Below, in pieces: positions 37,692-47,308 of a stretch of DNA of 64,000 bases (the first letter of the stretch is position 1; each line of letters begins with the position of its first letter). Both the position numbers and the translations under genes were made by a program. The notes below the pieces were generated by a model. The model saw only the letters and a program-made list of their open reading frames with translations. It did not search any database and was not told the DNA's origin. This stretch comes from Eledone cirrhosa (taxonomy: Eukaryota). Where the stretch lies: NCBI GenBank assembly GCA_964016885.1, contig OZ024740.1, forward strand, positions 212,350,001 to 212,414,000, written 5' to 3'.

Positions 37692-40600
37692 ATGGCCATG
37701 CTAAGAGTAGGCTGTTTAAATGCGCGTGGCCTGGGCTCAACTCGGAAGCAAGCAATGCTTCTAAATGACCTCAGGTCACAACGTATAGATGTGATGGTTA
37801 TTTGCGAGGCCCGGATCAGCAACGTGCGACAGCTGGCCCCCACCTTTGATGACTTTGAGATGCACGCATCTCTCTGTCAGCCCGGAGGTGGGGGTGGGGT
37901 TGTCGTTCTGCTGCAAAAACATCTGGGTCTCGCAACACAGATGGTACATTTGGACCCGGAGGGTCGACTAGTGGTTCTGGACCTTGGCAGTGGTAAAGGC
38001 GGAGCGTTTAGGTTGGTAGCCGCCTACGGCCCTTTCGGGTCAATGCGGCCGGACTTCTTCCATCGTCTGGAGACTTTTCTAGGGACGTCCCGCTCCTTGC
38101 TATTAGTGGGGGACTGGAATGGTATCCTAGATGCACGCTGGGACTACGTAGGGGCCTGTCCCGATAGAGAGGGGTGTAATAGCCTCAAAGGGTTAATCGG
38201 TCGATTTGACCTGGCCGATAGATATCGACTAGATTTTCCGACTGCGTCAACCTGGACTTGGGCAAATCGTAGCGGATCATCTAGGTCGTACCTAGATAGG
38301 TTCTTATTTAGAATTAAGGATAAGGACTTTTTAAGTTGTCCAAAAATGCGCATGGTTGGCTATTCAGACCACAAGTTAGTGACCTGCATGGTCAACCTTG
38401 ACAGAACTCATAGACATGGACCCGGTTACGGGAAGCTCAACTTGTCCTTACCGGCAAGTAAGGCTTACAGGGACCGGATTAGCACTTTAGTTAAGGAGCG
38501 GTTGACGGGCGCCATCGTCAACAGCAGGTGGTGCGGATCTCTCAAAAGAGAGATTAGAGTAGTCTCTATAGAATTTAGTAAGGAGTTAGCCTCAAATAGA
38601 AATAGGAAGGAAAGGGAGTTGGTAGATAGTGTAGAAGAGGCAATTAGAAGCGGCGACGTGGCCAGAGTGCTAGCGTCGAGAACGGCCCTGGGCCAGTTCT
38701 TCGACGCGAAACACGAAGGCTGCATCGTCCGAAGCAAAATACGTGCTCTGGGAAACGAGGGGACCAAAGTTGTTAGCTGGGCCCGCGTGACAGAAGCCAA
38801 AAAGAGGGAGCAGATCCACTATCCGGTCTTTGCGAGACCAGGAAGGACGGATGATCCTTGAACCTAAGCAGATGTGCGAGGCTTTTCAAAAGCACTTTGC
38901 CGGATTGTTCGGAAGGGGCGGGGAGCCGGTTGGGGAGGTGGACTTCGGTCCATACCTCGACGGCCTGCCGCGTCTCTCGGACAGGGAGGCGAAGCCCTGC
39001 GAGGAGCAGATTTCAGCCGCTGAGATAGATGACGTGCTGAGCCAATGCGGCAAACGCAAATCCCCGGGTCTCGATGGTCTTCCATACGAACTATATATAG
39101 CTATGCCGGACTTGTTCCCCGATCTCCTCGAGGCGGTCTACTGCAACTGGCAACAGAACGGGAGAATTCCCTGTGCTGTGACCAAGGGCGTAGTCACGCT
39201 AGTGAGGAAGGATGAGAACAAGGGGGACGATATAAATAATTTCAGGCCCATAACTCTGCTAAATACAGAGTTACAGATTTTGGCCAAGGTGCTAGCAAAG
39301 AGGTTGGCGCTTGTCGTGGGTAACCTGGTGAGAGATACGCAGACATACATGTGCTATCCCGTCCAGGTCCATCCACGACAACCTCCACATCATACGATAC
39401 ATCATAGAGAGGGTTGGGAACGAACCCGGCTTTGGTGGGGCCCTGATCAACTTGGATCAATCTAAGGCATTCGATAGGGTCGACCATGGTTACCTGGATG
39501 CGGTGCTAGCGGCGGCAGGCTTCGGACCCGTTTTCAGGGGTTGGATCCCTTCCATGCACAGCAGCCGCATCTGCTCTAGGGTCAAGGTGAACGGCTACCT
39601 CTCGGAGCCGTTCGAAATCACGCGGTCCATCCGACAGGGGTGCCCTCTCTCCTCCCTTCTGTATGTAATGACTCTAGAGCCACTGCTGCGGAAGTTGGAG
39701 TTGTTGCAGGGCATCCCGTTGGAATCGGGATTGCGGAAAGCGGTGTCAGCCTACGCCGATGACGTAACAGTAATGGTGTCAACGTCCTCGGAAATCGGGG
39801 CGATCGGCACCTTACTGGAGGAGTACGAAAGGTTTACAGGGGCTAAGCTGAACCGGGACAAGTCGATCGGTCTGCAACTCGGCACGTGGAGGGGCAGATC
39901 GATGCCCTCCGATGGCGTCGTCGGGCGCTGGACGGAGGGCCCGGTGAAGTTGCTCGGGGTCTGGTTCGGACCAGCCCTCCAGGTGGAGAAGAACTGGGGT
40001 GAGGTAACGAACAGGGTGTTTGCACTGACCCAGAAGTGGGCCGAGTGCAAACTGTCCCTGAAAGGTCGGGCGGAGGTGGCGAACACTTATATAGTGTCCG
40101 TCATCTACTACTTCCTGACCGTTGTGCCTTGCCCAAGGGAAACGCTAGCCAAAATGGAGCGCGCACTCTTCCAATTCCTTTGGAAGAAGCGGGCTCCTAT
40201 GGTGAGGAGATCCATCTGCTGTCAACACCCTTCGAAAGGAGGGCTGGGGATGCCGTGGCTAATGATACGTAAACACGCATTAAGGCCACGGCACCTTCAG
40301 GTATTCCTCTCCGGTCAACCGGTGTGGGCCCCGTTTGTGAGGCGAGCCTTTCCCAGACTCGTCTCACTCACCGAGCTGCAATCCTGGGTCAAGCAAAGAC
40401 CGAGAAAACTGGGCGCCTGGCACACCGAGTGTGCCCAGGCGCTCACGGCTCTCTGGCAGGCGGACCCGGCTGTCAGTGGAGAATCCACCTCGTCATTCTA
40501 TAGAGGGCTGGTGGTTAGCAGGTGCGACGACCGCCTCGAAGAAGCCCTAGGCATGGAGGAAGACGAGCTGGCCAACCTGTTCGGTAAGACATTCAGTCCG

Positions 40601-41134
40601 GGACCCATGGATAACTTCCAGAGGTCCCTGGCCTGGCAATGCTACAGAAGGGCTCTGCCCATTCGAGAAAGCCTCTACAGACACGGGCGCCCGGGTAGGG
40701 AGCCCTCGAAAAAGATCTGTCCCAGATGCGTGTGCGACGAGGAAACCGTTGCACACGCATTGGTACACTGCTCGGACATTGCGGATCTGTGGGGCTATGT
40801 CGAACAACTGCTGTCAAGGGTGGGACCTATCCGGTTGACCACCGAGTCTATTGTAACGATCAAGCCGTCTCCCCTCTTCAAAAACGAAGAAGAGGCGGTG
40901 TTTCTGTGCGTAATAGCCATGGCGAAAGAGGTTGTATGGTGGACGCGTCTGAAAGGACTGAGGTCAGACACCTTTCTCTCTGGCCAACAACTGGTCCGTT
41001 TCTTCCGATATCATTTCGGAAGAAGGATCAGGATGGAGAGAGAGGTGCTGCACCCCAGCCGTTTTTATGAAAGATGGGTGAAAGTGGTGAGAATGGCCCG
41101 TGTGAATGGGCCTTCACTCTACATCAGACTATAG
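37692..41134 (+). pseudogene. Tx1 ORF2 (copy A), two frameshifts
   Basis: CLNARGL, GDWN, SYLDR, SDHK, KSPGLDGLP, FRPITLLN, KAFDRV, RQGCPLS, AYADD, CPRC...ETVAH across three ORFs. Confidence 0.92.
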
Positions 41135-41398
41135 GTGAGGAAGATGAAAGACCAAGGGAGCACCCCTTCTCTGTGCTCCTGAGGAAGGGTTGCACACTCT
41201 TTTTTTTCGGGGGTGTGTGCGACCCCCCAAGGTGCCTCCTCTCTATTGAGGATTTTGTTATAAATTTTATTCTGTTATATTTTATTTTATTTTTATATTT
41301 TGTTATTGCCTCCTCCTTATTGAGGACGCCTTGTTTTATAAACTCCCCCCATTGTACTTGTCCCACTTTTGATGCCCTGGTGGCAAATAAAAGAAACA

Positions 41399-41441
<43 letters not shown>

Positions 41442-41672
41442 TAATCTAGCTGTCGTCTGTTCTGCAGTGTGGATGTCATTCACTTCGCACAGAAGTTTTG
41501 TTCAAATTTATTGAGGAAATTTTGTGAGTTCAAACTTAATTTTGATACAATTGTGTAGCTTGACCCTCCGTCTGAACTGTCAGGCGGTGGGTCAGCTCAT
41601 CTTTACCCCTCCTAGAGGTGAAAAACCTGTTTTAAAAAATTTTGTGTAAAAAATTTCAATCGTCTAACAGAA

Positions 41673-43553
41673 ATGTTAAACGCAGCGAACGAAAATAGTG
41701 GTGGGGGGACAGCGGTAAGAGTTGTAAGCTCGCACGCTTTAGTCCTCCCTTCCTTCCCAACTAACGTCATAGAGAAGGAAGGAAAAATGAAAATAAAAAC
41801 GGACGAATCTGCGGAGGAAAAAAAATTAAATGACGAAAACAACGAAAAAAAAAAATTTGAAAAATTGCATGACAATACTAATAACACAAACAAAGACACA
41901 ACAAACAAAAAAATAACAGTTGAAAATAACATAATATCAGAAAACAAAGCAGACGACAAGATTTCTTTTGCACAGAAAACAAAGAAATCTTTGACTTATA
42001 TAGCGGAAAACATTTCAGATGTGGTACGAAGGATCACGGACGCAAAACAATACATAAGTGAAGGTGAGAATGGTATTTTATTGGTAAAAATGCCTCAAGA
42101 ATTCACGAAAGACATTGAAAGCCGAACGGTCAAGTTTCGGACCATCAACAACAGTACAAAAAAACCTGAACAGCCTTCTCAAGCAGATATCAAAACAGTA
42201 CTCGCAGAAGTACTGAATGAAACAACTTTCATAAGAAAAGACAGACTGTATGGAAGCCTAGCAATTATCATGAAGAACGAATCGGCGGCAAAAAAATGTG
42301 CTTTGTCACCGATTCGTTCGAAAAATTTCACCTTTTATCCATCTTATATGGGGAAAAAAACTCAACGCATATGGCTGGATGCAATGATGCCAGATGTGGA
42401 CTACTGCTGGCTCATAGCTGGCTTCATCGATCCAGTGAATGACAACGTGATTTCCATTGGGAAAACCACAGGCAATGCGTTCAGTGGAACAGGTATAGAG
42501 CTGGTAGTACAAATGAAGCCTGAACGCATCGCCCAAATACCCGACAGAATCCTATTAGAGGACCACGGGTATATAAACATTAGCGTGGAGGGGAGAAGGC
42601 CGTCCTGCCATATCTGTGCAGGCAGAGGGCACCTGAAGGCCGCTTGTCCCCAACTCAACAAAAAGAAAACCCTGCTACCAACACCAGCTCCACCACCACC
42701 ACCACAACAGATAAACAAACAACAAAACTCAGTCCCACCCAACCCGTCCCTCAGTAACACCACAACACCACCACAACACAAACAGTCACAACACATTACC
42801 CCAAAACAAAATACAGGCCCACCCAACCTCTCACTCAATAAAACAACACAACCACCGCAGACACAACACACAACACAGTCTAACATAGTGACATCCATCT
42901 CCCCCACAAAGAAAACCAACACGGAAACATTACCAGCAAACATACCTCTTCCCTCCAACACTGAAGATAACCCAACGAATTCGGAGGAAGAAACGGAGTC
43001 CTTCAGACAGATTAAAAGGAAAAAAAGAAAACATGTGCAAAACACACAAGGACAAACAACCCCCACCCAAATCGCAACACAATCTAACAAAACAGAAAAC
43101 ACCCCTCCAGCAACAAACAAAACCAAACCTGCCCCTCCCCTCTTCGAAACACTCACACCATCGGAAAAAAAGACATTACACTATACTTACATCAACAGAA
43201 ACAATAATAAATTAAATGAACTCATATACAATAATCCTTCGGTACAAACCGAAGGTGTAAACTTTGTTTCATCAGAAAACCACCCACATTTAAAACTAAT
43301 AAAAATCCCAATGAACCTCTACCAAAAACTAAAAAAGGATTTTAAGGAGGACGTAGGACCACCCTCTGTCAAACCCATAAACCGCGTCCTACTAAAAAGC
43401 TTTCCCCCTCCCCTTCCCCTCCCCAACACAACTCCAAACACCCCAACCCCACCACACACCGACGACCCCACACCACCACAAGACACCCCTTCACCCAACA
43501 CCCCCGACCCCATGGAAGTCGTGCAACCCGAACCCCGGGAAGCGGAAAGGTAG
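41673..43553 (+). CDS. Tx1 ORF1p (626 aa, zinc-knuckle nucleic-acid-binding protein)
   Basis: Intact ORF with CHICAGRGHLKAAC (CX2CX4HX4C); homologous to the ORF1s of the other copies. Confidence 0.92.
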   Translation: MLNAANENSGGGTAVRVVSSHALVLPSFPTNVIEKEGKMKIKTDESAEEKKLNDENNEKKKFEKLHDNTNNTNKDTTNKKITVENNIISENKADDKISFAQKTKKSLTYIAENISDVVRRITDAKQYISEGENGILLVKMPQEFTKDIESRTVKFRTINNSTKKPEQPSQADIKTVLAEVLNETTFIRKDRLYGSLAIIMKNESAAKKCALSPIRSKNFTFYPSYMGKKTQRIWLDAMMPDVDYCWLIAGFIDPVNDNVISIGKTTGNAFSGTGIELVVQMKPERIAQIPDRILLEDHGYINISVEGRRPSCHICAGRGHLKAACPQLNKKKTLLPTPAPPPPPQQINKQQNSVPPNPSLSNTTTPPQHKQSQHITPKQNTGPPNLSLNKTTQPPQTQHTTQSNIVTSISPTKKTNTETLPANIPLPSNTEDNPTNSEEETESFRQIKRKKRKHVQNTQGQTTPTQIATQSNKTENTPPATNKTKPAPPLFETLTPSEKKTLHYTYINRNNNKLNELIYNNPSVQTEGVNFVSSENHPHLKLIKIPMNLYQKLKKDFKEDVGPPSVKPINRVLLKSFPPPLPLPNTTPNTPTPPHTDDPTPPQDTPSPNTPDPMEVVQPEPREAER

Positions 43554-43586
43554 GTCTCTACACTCTCCTTTGGCTCTGCCGCCCAC

Positions 43587-46500
43587 ATGGATGTGTTAAG
43601 AGTAGGATGTTTGAATGCACGTGGCCTGGGCTCAACTTGGAAGCAAGCAAAGCTTCTAAATGACCTCAGGTCATGTAGTATAAATGTAATGGTTATCTGT
43701 GAGACTCGAATCAGCGTCATGCGGCAGCTGGCCCCCACCTTCGATGACTTTGAGGTGCATGCATCTCTCTGTCAACCTGGAGGTGGGGGTGGGGTTGTCG
43801 TGCTGCTGCAAAAACACCTGGGTCTTGCCGTACAGGTTGTGCACTCGGACCCGGAGGGTCGTTTGTTGGTGCTAGACGTTGGCAGTAGTGAAAGTGCGGC
43901 CTTGAGACTGGTCGCCGTCTACTCCCCTTTCGGAGCTGAACGGCCCGACTTCTTCCAGCGTTTGGAGACTTTTCTGGGAACGTCGCGTTCCCTGCTTCTA
44001 GCGGGGGATTGGAATGACATCCTAGATGCACGTTGGGACTATGCAGGAGCATGTCCTAATAGAGGGGGGTGTAACAGCCTCAAGGGGTTACTCGACCGTT
44101 TTAACTTGGTCGATAGATATCGACTAGATTTTCCAACTGTGCCTACCTGGACTTGGAGAAACCACAGTGGTCAATCTAGATCGTACTTAGATAGATTCTT
44201 AGTTAGAAGTAAGGATAGGGACATATTAAGCTGTCCAGAAATGCGCACGGTTGGCTACACGGATCACAAATTAGTGACCTGCGTGGTCAATCTCGAGAAA
44301 ACACATAGACAGGGTCCCGGTTACTGGAAACTTAATTTGTCTTTACCGGCAAAAGAGACTTACAGAAACCGGATTAGCAGATTAGTTAAGGAGAGGTTGA
44401 CGGGTGCAATCGTCAACAACCGATGGTGGGCATCTCTCAAAAGAGAGATTAGAACAGAATCAATAAGTTATAGCAAGATGTTAGCTGCCAATAGGAATAG
44501 AAACGAGAAAGAATTAACAGGTAAATTAGAAGAGGCAATCAAGAGCGAAGATGTGGCCAGAGTGCTGGCATCGAGGACGGCCTTGAACCAGTTTTTCGAT
44601 GCAAAGCATGAAGGCTGCGTCATTCGAAGTAAAATACGTGCTCTAGGTAATGAGGGGGCCAAAGCCGTTGGATGGGCCCGCGTGACAGAAGCTAAAAGTG
44701 GAAATCGATCCACCATCCGGTCGTTGCAAGACGAAGATGGACGAGTGATCCGGGAGCCTAAGCAGATGTGCGAGGCCTTTCAAAAGCACTTTGCCCGATT
44801 GTTCGGGGGAGGCGAGGGTCCGGGCCGGGGCGTGGATTTCGGTCCATACCTCGACGGCCTGCCGCGTCTCTCGAACAAAGAGGCAGAGTCCTGCGAGGGA
44901 CCAATCTCGGCTGATGAGATCGGAGATGCGCTGAGCCAATGCAGCAGACGCAAATCTCCAGGTCTTGATGGTATACCTTACGAACTTTATTTAGCAATGC
45001 CGGTCTTCTTCTCCGAACTCCTCGAAGCGGTCTACTGCAATTGGCAGCAGAACGGGAGAATTCCTTGTTCTGTAGCCAAGGGCGTAGTCACGCTGGTGAG
45101 GAAGGACGAGAACAAGGGGGATAGTATAAATAATTTTCGGCCCATAACCCTGCTAAACACAGAGTTAAAGATTTTGGCCAAGGTGTTAGCAAAGAGGTTG
45201 GCGCTTGTCGTGGGTGGCCTGGTGGGAGATGCGCAGACATGTGCTATCCCATCCAGGTCCATTCACGATAACCTCCACCTCATGCGATACATCATAGAGA
45301 GGGTTGGCAACAAACCCGGCTTCGGTGGGGCCCTGATCAACTTGGATCAGTCTAAGGCCTTCGATAGGGTCGACCATGGTTACCTGGATGCGGTGCTAGC
45401 GGCGGCTGGGTTCGGTCCTGTTTTCAGAGGCTGGATCACTGCCCTACATAGCAACCACATCTGTTCTAGGATCAAGGTGAACGGCTACCTTTCGAAGCCG
45501 TTCGAAATCACACGATCCATTCGACAGGGGTGCCCTCTCTCCTCCCTTCTGTACGTATTGACTCTCGAGCCTTTACTGAGGAAGTTGGAGTTGTTGCAGG
45601 GTATCCCCCTGGAACCAGGATTGAGCAAAGCGGTGTCGGCCTACGCCGATGACGTAACAGTAATGGTATCAACCGACTCGGAGATCGAGGCGATCGGTAC
45701 CTTACTGGAGGAGTACGAAAGGTTGTCAGGAGCGAAACTGAACCGGGAAAAATCCATCGGGCTGCAACTCGGAACGTGGAGAGGCAAACCGATGCCTCCT
45801 GACGGTGTCGTCGGACACTGGACGGAGGGCCCGGTAAAGTTGCTTGGGGTCTGGTTTGGACCGGACCTCCAGGTGGAAAAGAACTGGAACGAGGTTACGA
45901 ACAAGGTGTTTGCACTAACCCAGAAATGGGCCAAGTGTAAGCTGTCCCTAAAAGGCCGGGCGGAGGTGGCGAACATTTACATAGCGTCCGTCACTTACTA
46001 CCGCCTGACTGTCGTGCCTTGCCCTAAGGAAACACTCACCACCATGGAACGCATGCTCTTCCAATTTCTTTGGAAGAAGCGTCCTCCTATGGTGAGAAGA
46101 TCCATCTGCTGCCAACAACCTTCGAAAGGAGGGCTGGGGATGCCGTGGTTGATGATGCGTAGGCACGCATTAAGGCTACGGCACCTACAGGTATTCCTCA
46201 CTGGTCAACCGGTGTGGGCTCCGTTCGTGAAACGAGCCTTTCCGAGACTCGTCTCACTCACCGAGCTACAGTCCTGGGTCAAGCAAAGATCCGGAAAACT
46301 GGGAGACTGGCACACTGAGTGTGCTCAGGCGCTCAGGGCTCTCTGGCAAGCGGGCCGGGCCATCGGTGGAGAATCCACCTCATCATTCTATAGAGGGCTG
46401 GTGGCTAGCAGGGGCGATGACACCCTTGGAGAGTCGCTGGACATGGAAGAAGACGAACTGGCCAGCCTGTTCGGTAGGACTTTCGGCCCAGGACCAATGG

Positions 46501-47024
46501 ACAACTTCCAGAAGTCACTGGCCTGGCAGTGCTACCGAGGGGCTCTACCCGTTCGAGAGAGGCTCTACAGACACGGGCGCCCGGGCAGGGATCCCTCAAA
46601 AAAGATTTGCCCTAGATGCGTGCGTCACGAAGAAACCGTGGCGCACGCATTGGTGCAATGTCCGGGCGTGGCTGATCTGTGGGGCTACGCCGAACAACTG
46701 CTGTCGCGGGTGGCGCCGATTAAATTGACCGCCGAGTCCGTGATGACAATCAAACCGCCTCCCCTCTTCACAAAGGAAGCAAAGGCGGTTTTTCTGTGCG
46801 TAATAGCCATGTTGAAAGAGGTTGTTTGGTGGACACGATTGAAAGGTCTGAGGTCAGGCAACTTCCTCTCTGGCCATAGTCTGGTCTACTTCTTCCGATA
46901 TCACTTCGGAAGAAGGATAAGAATGGAGAGAGAGGTGCTTGGCCACAGGCAGTTTTATGAAAGGTGGGTGATAGTGGCGAGAATGGCTCGTGTAAATGGG
47001 CCTTCTCTGTATACCATCCTGTAG
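43587..47024 (+). CDS. Tx1 ORF2p (1145 aa: AP endonuclease, reverse transcriptase, C-terminal CCHC)
   Basis: Intact ORF with NARGL, GDWN, YLDR, TDHK, GPGYWKLN, KSPGLDG, LDQSKAFDRVDH, QGCPLS, YADD and CPRC-x4-ETVAHALVQC. Confidence 0.97.
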   Translation: MDVLRVGCLNARGLGSTWKQAKLLNDLRSCSINVMVICETRISVMRQLAPTFDDFEVHASLCQPGGGGGVVVLLQKHLGLAVQVVHSDPEGRLLVLDVGSSESAALRLVAVYSPFGAERPDFFQRLETFLGTSRSLLLAGDWNDILDARWDYAGACPNRGGCNSLKGLLDRFNLVDRYRLDFPTVPTWTWRNHSGQSRSYLDRFLVRSKDRDILSCPEMRTVGYTDHKLVTCVVNLEKTHRQGPGYWKLNLSLPAKETYRNRISRLVKERLTGAIVNNRWWASLKREIRTESISYSKMLAANRNRNEKELTGKLEEAIKSEDVARVLASRTALNQFFDAKHEGCVIRSKIRALGNEGAKAVGWARVTEAKSGNRSTIRSLQDEDGRVIREPKQMCEAFQKHFARLFGGGEGPGRGVDFGPYLDGLPRLSNKEAESCEGPISADEIGDALSQCSRRKSPGLDGIPYELYLAMPVFFSELLEAVYCNWQQNGRIPCSVAKGVVTLVRKDENKGDSINNFRPITLLNTELKILAKVLAKRLALVVGGLVGDAQTCAIPSRSIHDNLHLMRYIIERVGNKPGFGGALINLDQSKAFDRVDHGYLDAVLAAAGFGPVFRGWITALHSNHICSRIKVNGYLSKPFEITRSIRQGCPLSSLLYVLTLEPLLRKLELLQGIPLEPGLSKAVSAYADDVTVMVSTDSEIEAIGTLLEEYERLSGAKLNREKSIGLQLGTWRGKPMPPDGVVGHWTEGPVKLLGVWFGPDLQVEKNWNEVTNKVFALTQKWAKCKLSLKGRAEVANIYIASVTYYRLTVVPCPKETLTTMERMLFQFLWKKRPPMVRRSICCQQPSKGGLGMPWLMMRRHALRLRHLQVFLTGQPVWAPFVKRAFPRLVSLTELQSWVKQRSGKLGDWHTECAQALRALWQAGRAIGGESTSSFYRGLVASRGDDTLGESLDMEEDELASLFGRTFGPGPMDNFQKSLAWQCYRGALPVRERLYRHGRPGRDPSKKICPRCVRHEETVAHALVQCPGVADLWGYAEQLLSRVAPIKLTAESVMTIKPPPLFTKEAKAVFLCVIAMLKEVVWWTRLKGLRSGNFLSGHSLVYFFRYHFGRRIRMEREVLGHRQFYERWVIVARMARVNGPSLYTIL

Positions 47025-47238
47025 GTAAAGAAGTAAAGGAGAGGGGAACACCTTCTCCATGTGCTCCCCGGGCAAAGGATTGCACACTTTTTCGGGGGTG
47101 TGTGCAACCCCCATCACGTCCCCTCCCTTTTGAGGTTATTTTCGATTATTTTCATGTTACACCCTTTTTACTCGATTATATGTAAACTCCCCCTTTGTAT
47201 TTGTCCCTTCTTTTTATGCCTTTATGGTAAATAAAGAA

Positions 47239-47308
<70 letters not shown>

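Larger units (their letters stand above)
35640..41398 (+). mobile_element. Tx1/L1-clade non-LTR retrotransposon, subfamily A, full length but frameshifted
   Basis: ORF1 with CCHC knuckle; ORF2 with APE-RT-CCHC; AATAAA at 41386; flanked by (TATC)n on both sides. Confidence 0.93.
41442..47239 (+). mobile_element. Tx1/L1-clade retrotransposon, subfamily B copy 1, intact
   Basis: Two uninterrupted ORFs, 33-nt spacer, AATAAA at 47230, (TATC)n on both sides. Confidence 0.96.
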
